Below are positions 8,887-17,448 of a stretch of 64,000 nucleotides of DNA, piece after piece. The position numbers and the translations under genes were made by a program. Location: the NCBI RefSeq assembly GCF_047606365.1, contig NZ_JASGEN010000039.1, positions 344-64,343 on the forward strand. The letters are read 5' to 3'. The notes beneath the pieces were generated by a model. The model was given only the letters and a program-made list of their open reading frames with translations, had not been told where the DNA came from and did not search any database. This DNA comes from Micropruina sp. (GTDB lineage: Bacteria; Actinomycetota; Actinomycetes; Propionibacteriales; Propionibacteriaceae). Each line of letters opens with the position of its first letter. The stretch's first letter is position 1.

Positions 8887-9531
8887 GTGGGCAAGCGGGA
8901 TGAGGCACGAGCCAGGACGACGGCGGCGATCCTGGACGCCGCGCGACGGGCGATCGCCGAAGAGGGCGGCGGCGGGCTGTCGATGCGGGCGATCGCCCGC
9001 GAGGTCGGCATGGTGTCGTCGGCGGTCTACCGGTACTTCCCGACCCGCGAGGCACTGCTGACCACGCTGATCGTCGAGAGTTACGGCAACCTCGACCGGG
9101 CACTCACCCAGGCCTCCGACGCCGACGCGGGCTGGACGACGCTGGGTCGCGCGCTACGTGGCTGGGCACGACGGACGCCGCACGAGTTCCAGCTGATCTA
9201 CGGGACGCCGATCCCCGGCTATGTCGCGCCGCCGGAGACGGTTCCGGCCGCCGCCGCGGTCGCCGGTCACTTCCTGGCGGTCGCCGCCCGCTCCGCCCCC
9301 GCACCGTTCGACACTCCGGAGTTGGCCGAGCAGTTCGGTTCGCTGGCGTCCGTTCTGCCGGACGCCCAGCCGGCCGGCGTCGCCGCCGTGCTCACCGAAC
9401 TGGCCGCCCTGGTGGGGTTCGTCGGCCTCGAACTGGCCGGTCACTTCGTCGGCACCGCCGACCCTGCGGACGCCCTATACGACGCGCTGCTGCGGCGGCA
9501 GTGCGCAACCCTGGGAGTGGGCGAAGGCTGA
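8887..9531 (+). CDS. TetR/AcrR family regulator (WHG-like C-terminus)
   Basis: LSMRAIAREVGMVSSAVYRYF HTH; FQLIYGTPIPGY. Confidence 0.9.
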   Translation: MGKRDEARARTTAAILDAARRAIAEEGGGGLSMRAIAREVGMVSSAVYRYFPTREALLTTLIVESYGNLDRALTQASDADAGWTTLGRALRGWARRTPHEFQLIYGTPIPGYVAPPETVPAAAAVAGHFLAVAARSAPAPFDTPELAEQFGSLASVLPDAQPAGVAAVLTELAALVGFVGLELAGHFVGTADPADALYDALLRRQCATLGVGEG

Positions 9532-9542
9532 GCGGCGGGAGC

Positions 9543-9640
9543 GGGTCTCGACAGGCTCGACCAGCGGTATCCGGGCCTCGACCACAGGTGCGGGGCCTCG
9601 ACAAGCTCGACCAACGACGGTTCAGGCTCGACCAGCGGTG
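9543..9640. repeat. REP-like family 1 cluster (several co-oriented reverse copies)
   Basis: GGTCTCGACAGGCTCGACCAGCGG, GGCCTCGACAAGCTCGACC and CAGGCTCGACCAGCGG between convergent genes. Confidence 0.8.
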
Positions 9641-9652
9641 GCCGGCTGACGG

Positions 9653-10240
9653 TCAGCGCAGGTCGTTCTCCGGCGGCTGGTAGCCGCGATCGATGGCCCG
9701 CTGATTGTGTCGATCGGAACGATCGCGGCGGTTCGCGCCACCCATGAAGCCCATGATCATCGGGATCGCGGTGCCCACCATCGGCCACATCGGCCAGTAG
9801 TAGATCATGTGGCCCGAGGTCAGCACCGTCATCAGCCAGATCAGGTTGAGCATCACGGCCATGCTGATCCACCAACGCGGGAAATGCGACAGCCAACTCG
9901 GTCTCCCCCCACCACCAACAGCGTCATTGGAGGGCGCACAAGCCTCTTGCGGGGCGGACTGCTGACCGGCCACCGCAGGGGTGATGTCGGACAGCACCGG
10001 CACCAGCTCGCCGAGGCTCTTGGAACTCATCACCTGATCGAGCCGCTGGTTGTACTCGTCGTTGTCCAGCCGGCCCTCCGCGTAGGCGTCGGCGAGCATG
10101 CCGGACGCCTTGGTGCGATCGGCGTCCGAGGCACGCAGCTGTTGGTACTGGGGATCGCGCGGGTCGGCGGAGAACCCTGACCAGCTGCGCCCACCGCCCG
10201 ATTCGGGCACCGGGAGGTTCTGCCACTGCGGAGTTGACAT
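9653..10240 (-). CDS. DUF1707 (SHOCT-like) domain membrane protein
   Basis: LRASDADR...L..AYAEGRL...EY..RLD; C-terminal YYWPMWPM hydrophobic segment. Confidence 0.85.
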   Translation of the reverse strand: MSTPQWQNLPVPESGGGRSWSGFSADPRDPQYQQLRASDADRTKASGMLADAYAEGRLDNDEYNQRLDQVMSSKSLGELVPVLSDITPAVAGQQSAPQEACAPSNDAVGGGGRPSWLSHFPRWWISMAVMLNLIWLMTVLTSGHMIYYWPMWPMVGTAIPMIMGFMGGANRRDRSDRHNQRAIDRGYQPPENDLR

Positions 10241-10301
10241 GGGTCGTCCTACTTTCCTCGGTCGTCCCCATTCTGCATCAGTACGCCCCGGACGCCACCC
10301 G

Positions 10302-11639
10302 TCACCGGCCGCCGGCGTTGTATCGCAGCGAGTTCGGACGGCATTCCGCCTCGCTGCCGATGCGCAGATTGGCGGCGATCCGGCCGTCGTCGCGCAACGC
10401 CGCCAGCTTGGTCACCGTCCGGTCGCGAATCGCCCACGGATCGAGGGTGTTGAGGTAGATCTTGGTGGCACCCTCGAAGCCGGCCAGGGTCGAGATGCGC
10501 CACTTCAGCACGATCCGCCAGGGCATCGCGACGTCGACATCGATCGGCCGGTAGTGCCATTCCTCGTTGCTGGGCACCTCGACGCCGGTCGCGGCATGCA
10601 TCGCGTGCAGCATGTCGGACATGCCGCGCAGTTCCTCGGGTGACATCTCCCACGGATCGCATTCCGCGCTCTTGGAATAGATCTCCAGCGACGGGAACCG
10701 GTGCCCGAACCCGGCGAACGCGATCGCGTGGTCGCTCTCGGCCAGCACCAGGTTCTTGTAGCCGGCGTAGTTGACGGCGTCCTCGTTGAACACGTTGGGG
10801 TTGACCCGCAGCTGCTCCACCGCCCGTTCGGCCTGGACGCCGCGCTCATCGACGGCCACCAGTTGCTTGTGCAGATGGTCGAAGGACGCCCCCGCGGGCC
10901 GCAGCCAGTTCTGGAAGACGACCACATAGCGGGCGTAGCGGTTGAGCGTGAACAGCGCCGACATCGACTCCACCGTGAACGCCAGCAGTTGGTAGTGCTC
11001 GTCGGGAGTCAGCGTCCCCGACCCGGCGAGCTGGGTGTTGTCGACCGCCCCGTCGATGTAGTGCCGGCGGCTGATGATCACGTCGTGGCCGCTGCCGAAG
11101 AACCCGGCCGCGTAGTCCAGCTGCCCCTCGACACCCATCGCGTCGATCTGCTCCGGCGTCCGGCCGCTGGCCAGCAGCTTGGCCCGGGCGACGCCGAGCA
11201 CATGGGCCCGCCCGGCCTCCGACTCGAGGTAGGCCGTCCGCCGGGACGCCACCCGCGCGGGCAGCGCGTAGCCGTAGTTGGCATGCCAATACTGGAAGCT
11301 GAGGATCTCGAACAGGTTCGGCACCCGGCGGAACTCGGCGGTGCTGGCGAAGAGTTCCTCCGCGGTCGTGCGGTACAACGTCCGCCAGTCACCGCGGTCA
11401 TCGCGCACCACCCGGGACTTCTCCGGCGGCGTCTCCAGGTAGCGGCGCTCGCAGAACGGGCAGTACCGGCCGTGCTGCTCCGGGTCGAGCGGAATCGGCG
11501 GTGGCAGGGCCACCCCAAGGGGTCTGTTGCCCCGTCCGGCGACCGTCCAGACTTCGGTGCCGGAGAACGGATTGAGTTGCTTGACGGTTCCGTCGGCCAT
11601 GACGGTCAGCCAGTCAGGCTCTCTGTGGAACGCCTGCAT
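10302..11639 (-). CDS. DUF4921 family protein (GalT/HIT-like)
   Basis: NPFSGTEVWTV..R..RP, CPFC, FQNW..PAGASFDHLHKQL. Confidence 0.75.
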   Translation of the reverse strand: MQAFHREPDWLTVMADGTVKQLNPFSGTEVWTVAGRGNRPLGVALPPPIPLDPEQHGRYCPFCERRYLETPPEKSRVVRDDRGDWRTLYRTTAEELFASTAEFRRVPNLFEILSFQYWHANYGYALPARVASRRTAYLESEAGRAHVLGVARAKLLASGRTPEQIDAMGVEGQLDYAAGFFGSGHDVIISRRHYIDGAVDNTQLAGSGTLTPDEHYQLLAFTVESMSALFTLNRYARYVVVFQNWLRPAGASFDHLHKQLVAVDERGVQAERAVEQLRVNPNVFNEDAVNYAGYKNLVLAESDHAIAFAGFGHRFPSLEIYSKSAECDPWEMSPEELRGMSDMLHAMHAATGVEVPSNEEWHYRPIDVDVAMPWRIVLKWRISTLAGFEGATKIYLNTLDPWAIRDRTVTKLAALRDDGRIAANLRIGSEAECRPNSLRYNAGGR

Positions 11640-11842
11640 GGGTAGTGCTCCCCTGGATCGACAATCCCGGCCAGGGTAGCGTCCCACCTAGTGCCGAGGC
11701 ACTAGCCCGCTCGGAGTGCGCCCCATCCCGGGGCGGAATTCGGGCAGCGGAGACCGTCGCATTGTGCCCCCACAAGGGAGCAGCCCAACGGTTTCCGGGG
11801 GGAGTTGCAACCGAATCGTGACTGGCCGCGTCCAACCCCAAG

Positions 11843-12436
11843 ATGACCAGCCACGGAAGTGAGTACGACATGCCGCATCGCATCCGCGCCGAGCGCGCCG
11901 CCTGCATCGACAACCCGGCCCTGTTCCAGCACGAGCTGCTGGAGGATCCGTCGCTGGCCCGTGGCGACGGCGAACGGCAGCGCCGGCTCACCGTCCTGAC
12001 CGACCGGGCCCGCGCCACCTGCGCCGAGTGCCCGCTGTTCGAGTCCTGCCTGTACGACGCAGTGGTCAAGCACGACGTCGCCGGCTTCGTCGCCGGGACG
12101 ACCGAGCGTCAGCGCTCACAGATTCGATCCGCCCTCGGGGTGAGCGTCGAGCCCGAGGATCTCGACACCCTCGCCGGCGTGATGCGCGGCGGTCGTCAGA
12201 TCAACCACCAGGAGGTGCTGCGGCTGCGCCAGGCGAACCCGCACGAGAGCCTCGAGGTGCTGGCGATGCGGCTCGGCTGCTCGCTGTCGACCGTGAAGCG
12301 GCACATGCGCCGAGCGCGTGCCGCCGCGGCGTCCGAAACGAAGTTCGCCGTGGTGAAGCCGACCATCGAGCGGGTGCTGGCCGCGTTCGCCGCCGTCGTC
12401 CGGTCGCCTCGTTCTCGCGAACGTCGAGTCGCCTGA
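11843..12436 (+). CDS. WhiB-family Fe-S protein with additional C-terminal HTH
   Basis: Four Cys (AC...TCAECPLFESC), GFVAGTT..QR, then LAMRLGCSLSTVKRH; start could be ATG 11870. Confidence 0.75.
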   Translation: MTSHGSEYDMPHRIRAERAACIDNPALFQHELLEDPSLARGDGERQRRLTVLTDRARATCAECPLFESCLYDAVVKHDVAGFVAGTTERQRSQIRSALGVSVEPEDLDTLAGVMRGGRQINHQEVLRLRQANPHESLEVLAMRLGCSLSTVKRHMRRARAAAASETKFAVVKPTIERVLAAFAAVVRSPRSRERRVA

Positions 12437-12452
12437 CCTCTGTTCCGCTCTT

Positions 12453-12484
12453 CGCGCCCCGGACGCCCACGCGTCCGGGGCGCG
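12453..12484 (+). terminator. GC-rich hairpin after the whiB-like gene
   Basis: 14-bp perfect stem CGCGCCCCGGACGC with 4-nt loop; no U-tract. Confidence 0.5.
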
Positions 12485-12534
12485 GTGCGTCTCGGACGGT
12501 CGCGTGCGGAGAGCCCGGGATGACGGAGCCGAGC

Positions 12535-12586
12535 ACCGCTGGTCGAGCTTGTCGAGACCGCGGGATCCGCGGAGCTCAATCAGCGG
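12535..12586. repeat. REP-like family 1 copy
   Basis: ACCGCTGGTCGAGCTTGTCGAGACC...GAGCTCAATCAGCGG. Confidence 0.8.
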
Positions 12587-13369
12587 TCAGAACCAGCGCA
12601 GTAGTTCCTTGGCGGTGCCGTCGTCGGCGAACCGGTCGGTGACAGCATCGGCGGCGGCGACCACCTCGTCCGGGGCGTCACCCAGGGCGACCCCGCGTCC
12701 GGCCCAGCTGAGCATCTCGATGTCGTTGCGTCCGTCGCCCATCGCCAAGACGTCGGCGGCGTCGATGCCGAGGTCAGTGCAGACCCCGGCCAGCCCGTAG
12801 GACTTGTCGATGCCGTCCGGGGCGATGTCGAGCCAGGCGGTGTAGCCGATGAAGTAGCTGACGCCCTGCAGGCCGAGCCGGTGCGCGAGGCGCAGGAAGT
12901 CTGCCTCGGAAGCGTTCGGGTCACGGACGACGACGCGGGTCACCCGTTCGGCGACCAGTTCGTCCAGCTCGACCTCGACCAGTTCGCCGGTCAGCTCGCC
13001 CTCGGGGAACAACCGGTTGACCTTGAACCCGCGGCCGATCTCTTCGATGGCGAGCATCGCCTCCGGATGCTCGGCGAGCACCCGGTCGACGACATCGGTG
13101 GGGTCGAAGGTCACCCGTTCCAGCAGTTCCAGCGGCGGGTAGCTGACCCGGACGGCGCCGTTGGACGACACATGCTGGCCGGGCGGCAGGCCCAGCGCTT
13201 CGGCCACCGGCTTGGTGCCGGCCCAGCCGCGTCCGGTACTCAACACCACCGGGACACCGGCGGAGACCACGGCGTCCACGGCCGTCCGAACCGACTGCGG
13301 CAGCCGTCCGTCGAAACTCAACAGGGTGCCGTCGATGTCCAGCGCCACCAGGCGCGGTCGCCATGCCAT
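12587..13369 (-). CDS. HAD-superfamily hydrolase, Cof-like (subfamily IIB)
   Basis: ALDIDGTL, STGR, DK..GL, GDGRNDIEML motifs. Confidence 0.9.
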   Translation of the reverse strand: MAWRPRLVALDIDGTLLSFDGRLPQSVRTAVDAVVSAGVPVVLSTGRGWAGTKPVAEALGLPPGQHVSSNGAVRVSYPPLELLERVTFDPTDVVDRVLAEHPEAMLAIEEIGRGFKVNRLFPEGELTGELVEVELDELVAERVTRVVVRDPNASEADFLRLAHRLGLQGVSYFIGYTAWLDIAPDGIDKSYGLAGVCTDLGIDAADVLAMGDGRNDIEMLSWAGRGVALGDAPDEVVAAADAVTDRFADDGTAKELLRWF

Positions 13370-13405
13370 GCCGATACCCCCTTCTGGTTCAGGCTTTCAG
13401 GGCGT

Positions 13406-14680
13406 TCAGCTGACCGGGGTCAGGAACTCCCGGCCACCCAGGTAGGGACGCAGGGCCTGCGGGATGCGGACGGACCCATCGGCCTGCTGATGGTTCTCCA
13501 GCAGCAGGATGATCATCCGGGTCATCGCGCACAGGGTGCCGTTCAACGTCGCCACCGACTCGATGCCGGCCTCGGTGCGCATCCGGATGTTCAGCCGGCG
13601 GGCCTGGAAGGTGGTGCAGTTCGAGGTCGAGGTGATCTCGCGGTACTTGCCCTGGCTGGGGATCCAGCCGTAGCAGTCGTACTTGCGGGCCGCGCTCAGG
13701 CCGAGGTCTCCGGAGGCCACCTCGAGCACCTGGAACGGCAGTTCCAGCGCGGTGATGAACTCCTTCTCGAACTCCAGCAGCTTGCGGTGCAGGGCGTCGG
13801 CCTCGTCGGGCTGGCAGTAGACGAACATCTCGACCTTGTCGAACCAGTGCACCCGGAAGATGCCCTTGGTGTCCTTGCCGTAGCTGCCCGCCTCGCGCCG
13901 GTAGCAGGGCGAGTAGCCGGCGTAGAGCCGGGGCAGCGTCGCGGCGTCCAGGATCTCCTCGCTGTGGTAGGCGGCCAGCGCCACCTCGGAGGTGCCGACC
14001 AGGTACAGGTCGTCGGCGGGCAGGTGGTAGACGTCCTGGGCGGCCTGGCCGAGGAAGCCGGTGCCCTCCATCGCGGACGGCTTCACCAGCGCCGGCGGCA
14101 GGATCGGCGTGAAGCCCCACTCCATCGCCTTGGCCAGCGCCAGGTTGATCAGCGCCAGCTCGAGCATCGCCCCTTGTCCGGTGAGGAAGTAGAAGCGCGC
14201 GCCGGAGACCTTGGCGCCGCGCGGCATGTCGATCGCGCCGAGCAGTTCACCCAGCTCCAAGTGGTCGCGCGGGGTGAAGCCCTCGGCCTCGAAGTCCCGC
14301 GGGGTGCCGTGTTCGGAGACCACCACGAAGTCGTCCTCGCCGCCGCGCGGGACGTCGTCGAAGACCGGGTTGGGCAGCGCCAGCATCAGCTCGTCGAACC
14401 GCGCCCCGGCCTCGGTGGCGGCGGCGTCCGCGGCCTTGACCTGCGCGGCGAGTTCGCGGGTGCGGGTGATCAGCGCCGCCTTCTCGTCGCCCTTGGCGCG
14501 TGCGACGTCCTTGCCGAGCGACTTCTGCTCGGCCCGCAACGACTCGAACGCGGCGATCGAGGAGCGCCGAGCCTCGTCGGCGGCGATCAGCTCGTCGACC
14601 AGCGCGACGGACTCGCCGCGCGCCTCTTGCGCGGCTCGCAGACGGTCGGGTTCGGTACGCAGTAGCTTCGGGTCGATCAC
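13406..14680 (-). CDS. serS: Seryl-tRNA synthetase
   Basis: N-terminal coiled coil [43 protein letters not shown]. Confidence 0.97.
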   Translation of the reverse strand: MIDPKLLRTEPDRLRAAQEARGESVALVDELIAADEARRSSIAAFESLRAEQKSLGKDVARAKGDEKAALITRTRELAAQVKAADAAATEAGARFDELMLALPNPVFDDVPRGGEDDFVVVSEHGTPRDFEAEGFTPRDHLELGELLGAIDMPRGAKVSGARFYFLTGQGAMLELALINLALAKAMEWGFTPILPPALVKPSAMEGTGFLGQAAQDVYHLPADDLYLVGTSEVALAAYHSEEILDAATLPRLYAGYSPCYRREAGSYGKDTKGIFRVHWFDKVEMFVYCQPDEADALHRKLLEFEKEFITALELPFQVLEVASGDLGLSAARKYDCYGWIPSQGKYREITSTSNCTTFQARRLNIRMRTEAGIESVATLNGTLCAMTRMIILLLENHQQADGSVRIPQALRPYLGGREFLTPVS

Positions 14681-14728
14681 CCGCTCAGCCTATCGGCCGG
14701 CGACGGACGCCCCGGTTACGCTCAGCCC

Positions 14729-15655
14729 ATGCCCGCCGTACCGCAGCCTGTCGTCGTTGTGCCGTCCGAAGCCGCCATCGTGCTGGTGATGACGATCGCG
14801 GAGGGGAAGGAGCAGGCCGCCCGCGCCGCGCTCGGCGAGATCACCTCGGTGATCCGCGCCGTCTGCTTCCGCTACCCGGACGCCGCCACCACCTGCGTCG
14901 TCGGGATCGGTTCGGACGCCTGGGACCGGTTGTTCCCCGGCGAGCCGAAACCCAACGGCCTGCACCCGTTCGTAGCGCTGCAGGGCGACGTCCATCACGC
15001 CCCGTCGACGCCCGGCGACCTGGTCTTCCACATTCGCGGCCAACGCTTCGACCTGTGCTTCGAACTGGCCCACCAACTGGCGATCGCCCTGGACGGCATC
15101 GCCGTCGTCGAGGACGAACTGCAGGGCTTCCGGTACTTCGACGAGCGCGACCTGCTCGGCTTCGTGGACGGCACCGAGAGCCCCACCGGCGTCGAGGCCG
15201 ACGCGGCCGCGTATCTCGCCGACGGCCCGTTCGCAGGCGGTAGCTATCTGATCGTGCAGCGCTACCTGCACGACCTGGCCAGCTGGAACCGGCTCAGCGT
15301 CGAGGAGCAGGAGCGGGCGATCGGCCGGCACAAACTGGACGACATCGAGATCCCGGACGCCCACAAGGCCGCCAACGCCCACGTCGCGTTGACCGTGCTC
15401 ACCGCCCCGGACGGCACCGAGCGGCAGATCGTCCGCGAGAACATGCCGTTCGGCTCGGTCGGCAGCGGCGAGTTCGGCACCTATTTCATCGGCTACGCCG
15501 CCGATGTGAGCGCGATCGAGGACATGCTGCGCAATATGTTCATCGGCGATCCGCCCGGCAATCACGACCGCATCCTCGACTTCTCCACGGCGGTCACCGG
15601 CAGCCTGTTCTTCATTCCCACCATCGACTTCCTGGACGCGCTCGGCGAAGCCTGA
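14729..15655 (+). CDS. Dyp-type peroxidase
   Basis: GFVDGTE, proximal His (AHV), distal Arg (IVRENMPFG), FIGYA, DFSTAVTGSLFF. Confidence 0.92.
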   Translation: MPAVPQPVVVVPSEAAIVLVMTIAEGKEQAARAALGEITSVIRAVCFRYPDAATTCVVGIGSDAWDRLFPGEPKPNGLHPFVALQGDVHHAPSTPGDLVFHIRGQRFDLCFELAHQLAIALDGIAVVEDELQGFRYFDERDLLGFVDGTESPTGVEADAAAYLADGPFAGGSYLIVQRYLHDLASWNRLSVEEQERAIGRHKLDDIEIPDAHKAANAHVALTVLTAPDGTERQIVRENMPFGSVGSGEFGTYFIGYAADVSAIEDMLRNMFIGDPPGNHDRILDFSTAVTGSLFFIPTIDFLDALGEA

Positions 15656-15686
15656 AACGTCCGGTCCTCGAATGCCACAATGACGC

Positions 15687-17243
15687 ATGCGCAGCCGACG
15701 GCCGAGCTTGGGCTTGATCGCCACCATCGGCTTCGGTGCGGGCTTCGCGCTCTGGACGGCACTGCTGTTCGCCGGCACGTTCACGACTCTGGACGCCCTG
15801 CAGGCCCCCACACCCCACTGGCAGAGCCACATCGTTCAGATCGCCGCCGCGGTGGCGATCGTGTTCCATCCGGTGGTGGTCAACTGTGCGCTGGCCGGCA
15901 TCGCGATCTGGGCGTTCCGGCGCCGGCTGCGCAACCTGACCGTCGGCATCCTGCTGGCCATCGCGCTCGGCTGGGCCGGCCATGAACTGACGCGCACCCT
16001 GATCGCCCGCCCGCGGCCGCCGGACACCCTCAGCGAACTGATCGGCAACACCGGCTACGCGTACCCGTCGGGCCACATGGTCGGCATCGTGACCGCCGCC
16101 CTGGTGGTCATCGCCACCACGACCACCACCAAGCAGCCGCGGTCGGTGATCGAACTGTGGCGTTGGCTCGGGGTGGCACTGATCCTGCTGGTGGCACTCG
16201 ACAGGTGGCTGCTGCACGCGCATTGGATCAGCGACCTGGTCGGCGGTGCGTTGTTCGGCGGGTTCACCGCCAGCCTCGCGCTCACCGTGACCCGGGTGCA
16301 CATGCAGCCGGAACGTCCGACCAGGGCGGCCGTGCTGGCGGCGAAGAACCCGCGGCGCTGCGCCATCGTGGTCAACCCCACCAAGATTCCCGACTGGGCG
16401 GCCTTCCGGCGGCACGTCGAGGGTGATTGTCGCGAATACGGCTGGACGCCGATGTTCCTGGAGACCACTCCCGACGATCCCGGACGCGGCATGACCCAGC
16501 GAGCCCTCGAAGCCGAGGTCGAGTTGGTGATGGCGGCCGGCGGCGACGGCACGGTGCGGGTGGTGTGTTCCGAACTCGCCGGCACCGGCGTCCCCTTGGG
16601 TCTGCTGCCCTCGGGCACCGGCAACCTACTCGCCCGCAACCTCCGCATTCCGCTGGACGAGGCCGAGGCGCTGCGGGTGATCCTGGACGGACGTCAGGAC
16701 CGGATCGATTTGGTCGAGGTGACGATCGACGACGCCGAACCCGAACACATCGCGGTGATGGCCGGGATGGGCCTGGACGCGCGGATCATGAGCGGCACCG
16801 ACGAGGGCCTGAAGAAGGTCTTCGGACCGGCCGCCTATGTGATGGCCGCCGGCGACGCGGCCAACCTGCCGTCCTTCGACGTGACCATCACCCTCGACGA
16901 CGGCGAACCGATCGAGCGCCATGCCGGGCTGGTGATGGTGGGCAACGTCGGCCAACTGCAGGGCAACGTGCAGTTGTTGCCCGAGGCCCAGTTCGACGAC
17001 GGGCTACTCGACCTGTTCGTCGCCTCCCCGGCGAGCGTGGCGGACTGGCTGCGGATCACCACCAGCGTGCTGCTGCCGGTGCCCGAGGCGTCCGAGATCG
17101 ACCGGGGTCAGGGCCGCCGGGTGGTGATCGAGGCGTCCGAGCCGGTGGAGTATCAACTGGACGGCGACGCCGCAGGTGAGTGCCGCCGGATGGTCGCCGA
17201 GGTCATCCCGCAAACCCTGACCGTGATGGTCCCCAAGCGCTGA
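15687..17243 (+). CDS. PAP2 phosphatase fused to a diacylglycerol-kinase-family (YegS/BmrU-like) domain
   Basis: RPRP, YPSGH, R....AHWISD, followed by VNPTK, GGDGT, PSGTGNLLARNL, DG. Confidence 0.85.
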   Translation: MRSRRPSLGLIATIGFGAGFALWTALLFAGTFTTLDALQAPTPHWQSHIVQIAAAVAIVFHPVVVNCALAGIAIWAFRRRLRNLTVGILLAIALGWAGHELTRTLIARPRPPDTLSELIGNTGYAYPSGHMVGIVTAALVVIATTTTTKQPRSVIELWRWLGVALILLVALDRWLLHAHWISDLVGGALFGGFTASLALTVTRVHMQPERPTRAAVLAAKNPRRCAIVVNPTKIPDWAAFRRHVEGDCREYGWTPMFLETTPDDPGRGMTQRALEAEVELVMAAGGDGTVRVVCSELAGTGVPLGLLPSGTGNLLARNLRIPLDEAEALRVILDGRQDRIDLVEVTIDDAEPEHIAVMAGMGLDARIMSGTDEGLKKVFGPAAYVMAAGDAANLPSFDVTITLDDGEPIERHAGLVMVGNVGQLQGNVQLLPEAQFDDGLLDLFVASPASVADWLRITTSVLLPVPEASEIDRGQGRRVVIEASEPVEYQLDGDAAGECRRMVAEVIPQTLTVMVPKR

Positions 17244-17440
17244 ACCACCGCTGATCGAGCCAACGGTCATCCCGGGCTTGACCCGGGATCCCGACGACGT
17301 CCTGAGCGAGCACGGAGACCCCTCCCGACCACCGGTGATCGAGCTTGTCGAGATCCTTGCGAGGGGTCTCGACAAGCTTGACCAACGGTCGGTCGTCCAT
17401 GGGCAGACCGCGGAGATCCCGGCGTTCGCCGGGATGACGA
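17244..17440. repeat. Composite REP cluster: family 2 inverted pair enclosing a family 1 pair
   Basis: GTCATCCCGGGCTTGACCCGGGATC at 17266-17290 and GATCCCGGCGTTCGCCGGGATGAC at 17415-17438 flank family 1 copies at about 17333-17390. Confidence 0.8.
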
Positions 17441-17448
17441 GGAATCGG

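Noticed and set aside
14681-14728. T-box riboswitch upstream of serS
   Set aside because: Only 48 bp of intergenic DNA, and serS appears leaderless
14729-15655. Dyp peroxidase as encapsulin cargo
   Set aside because: Protein ends at DFLDALGEA with no GSL.IGSL-type targeting tail, and no encapsulin gene is adjacent
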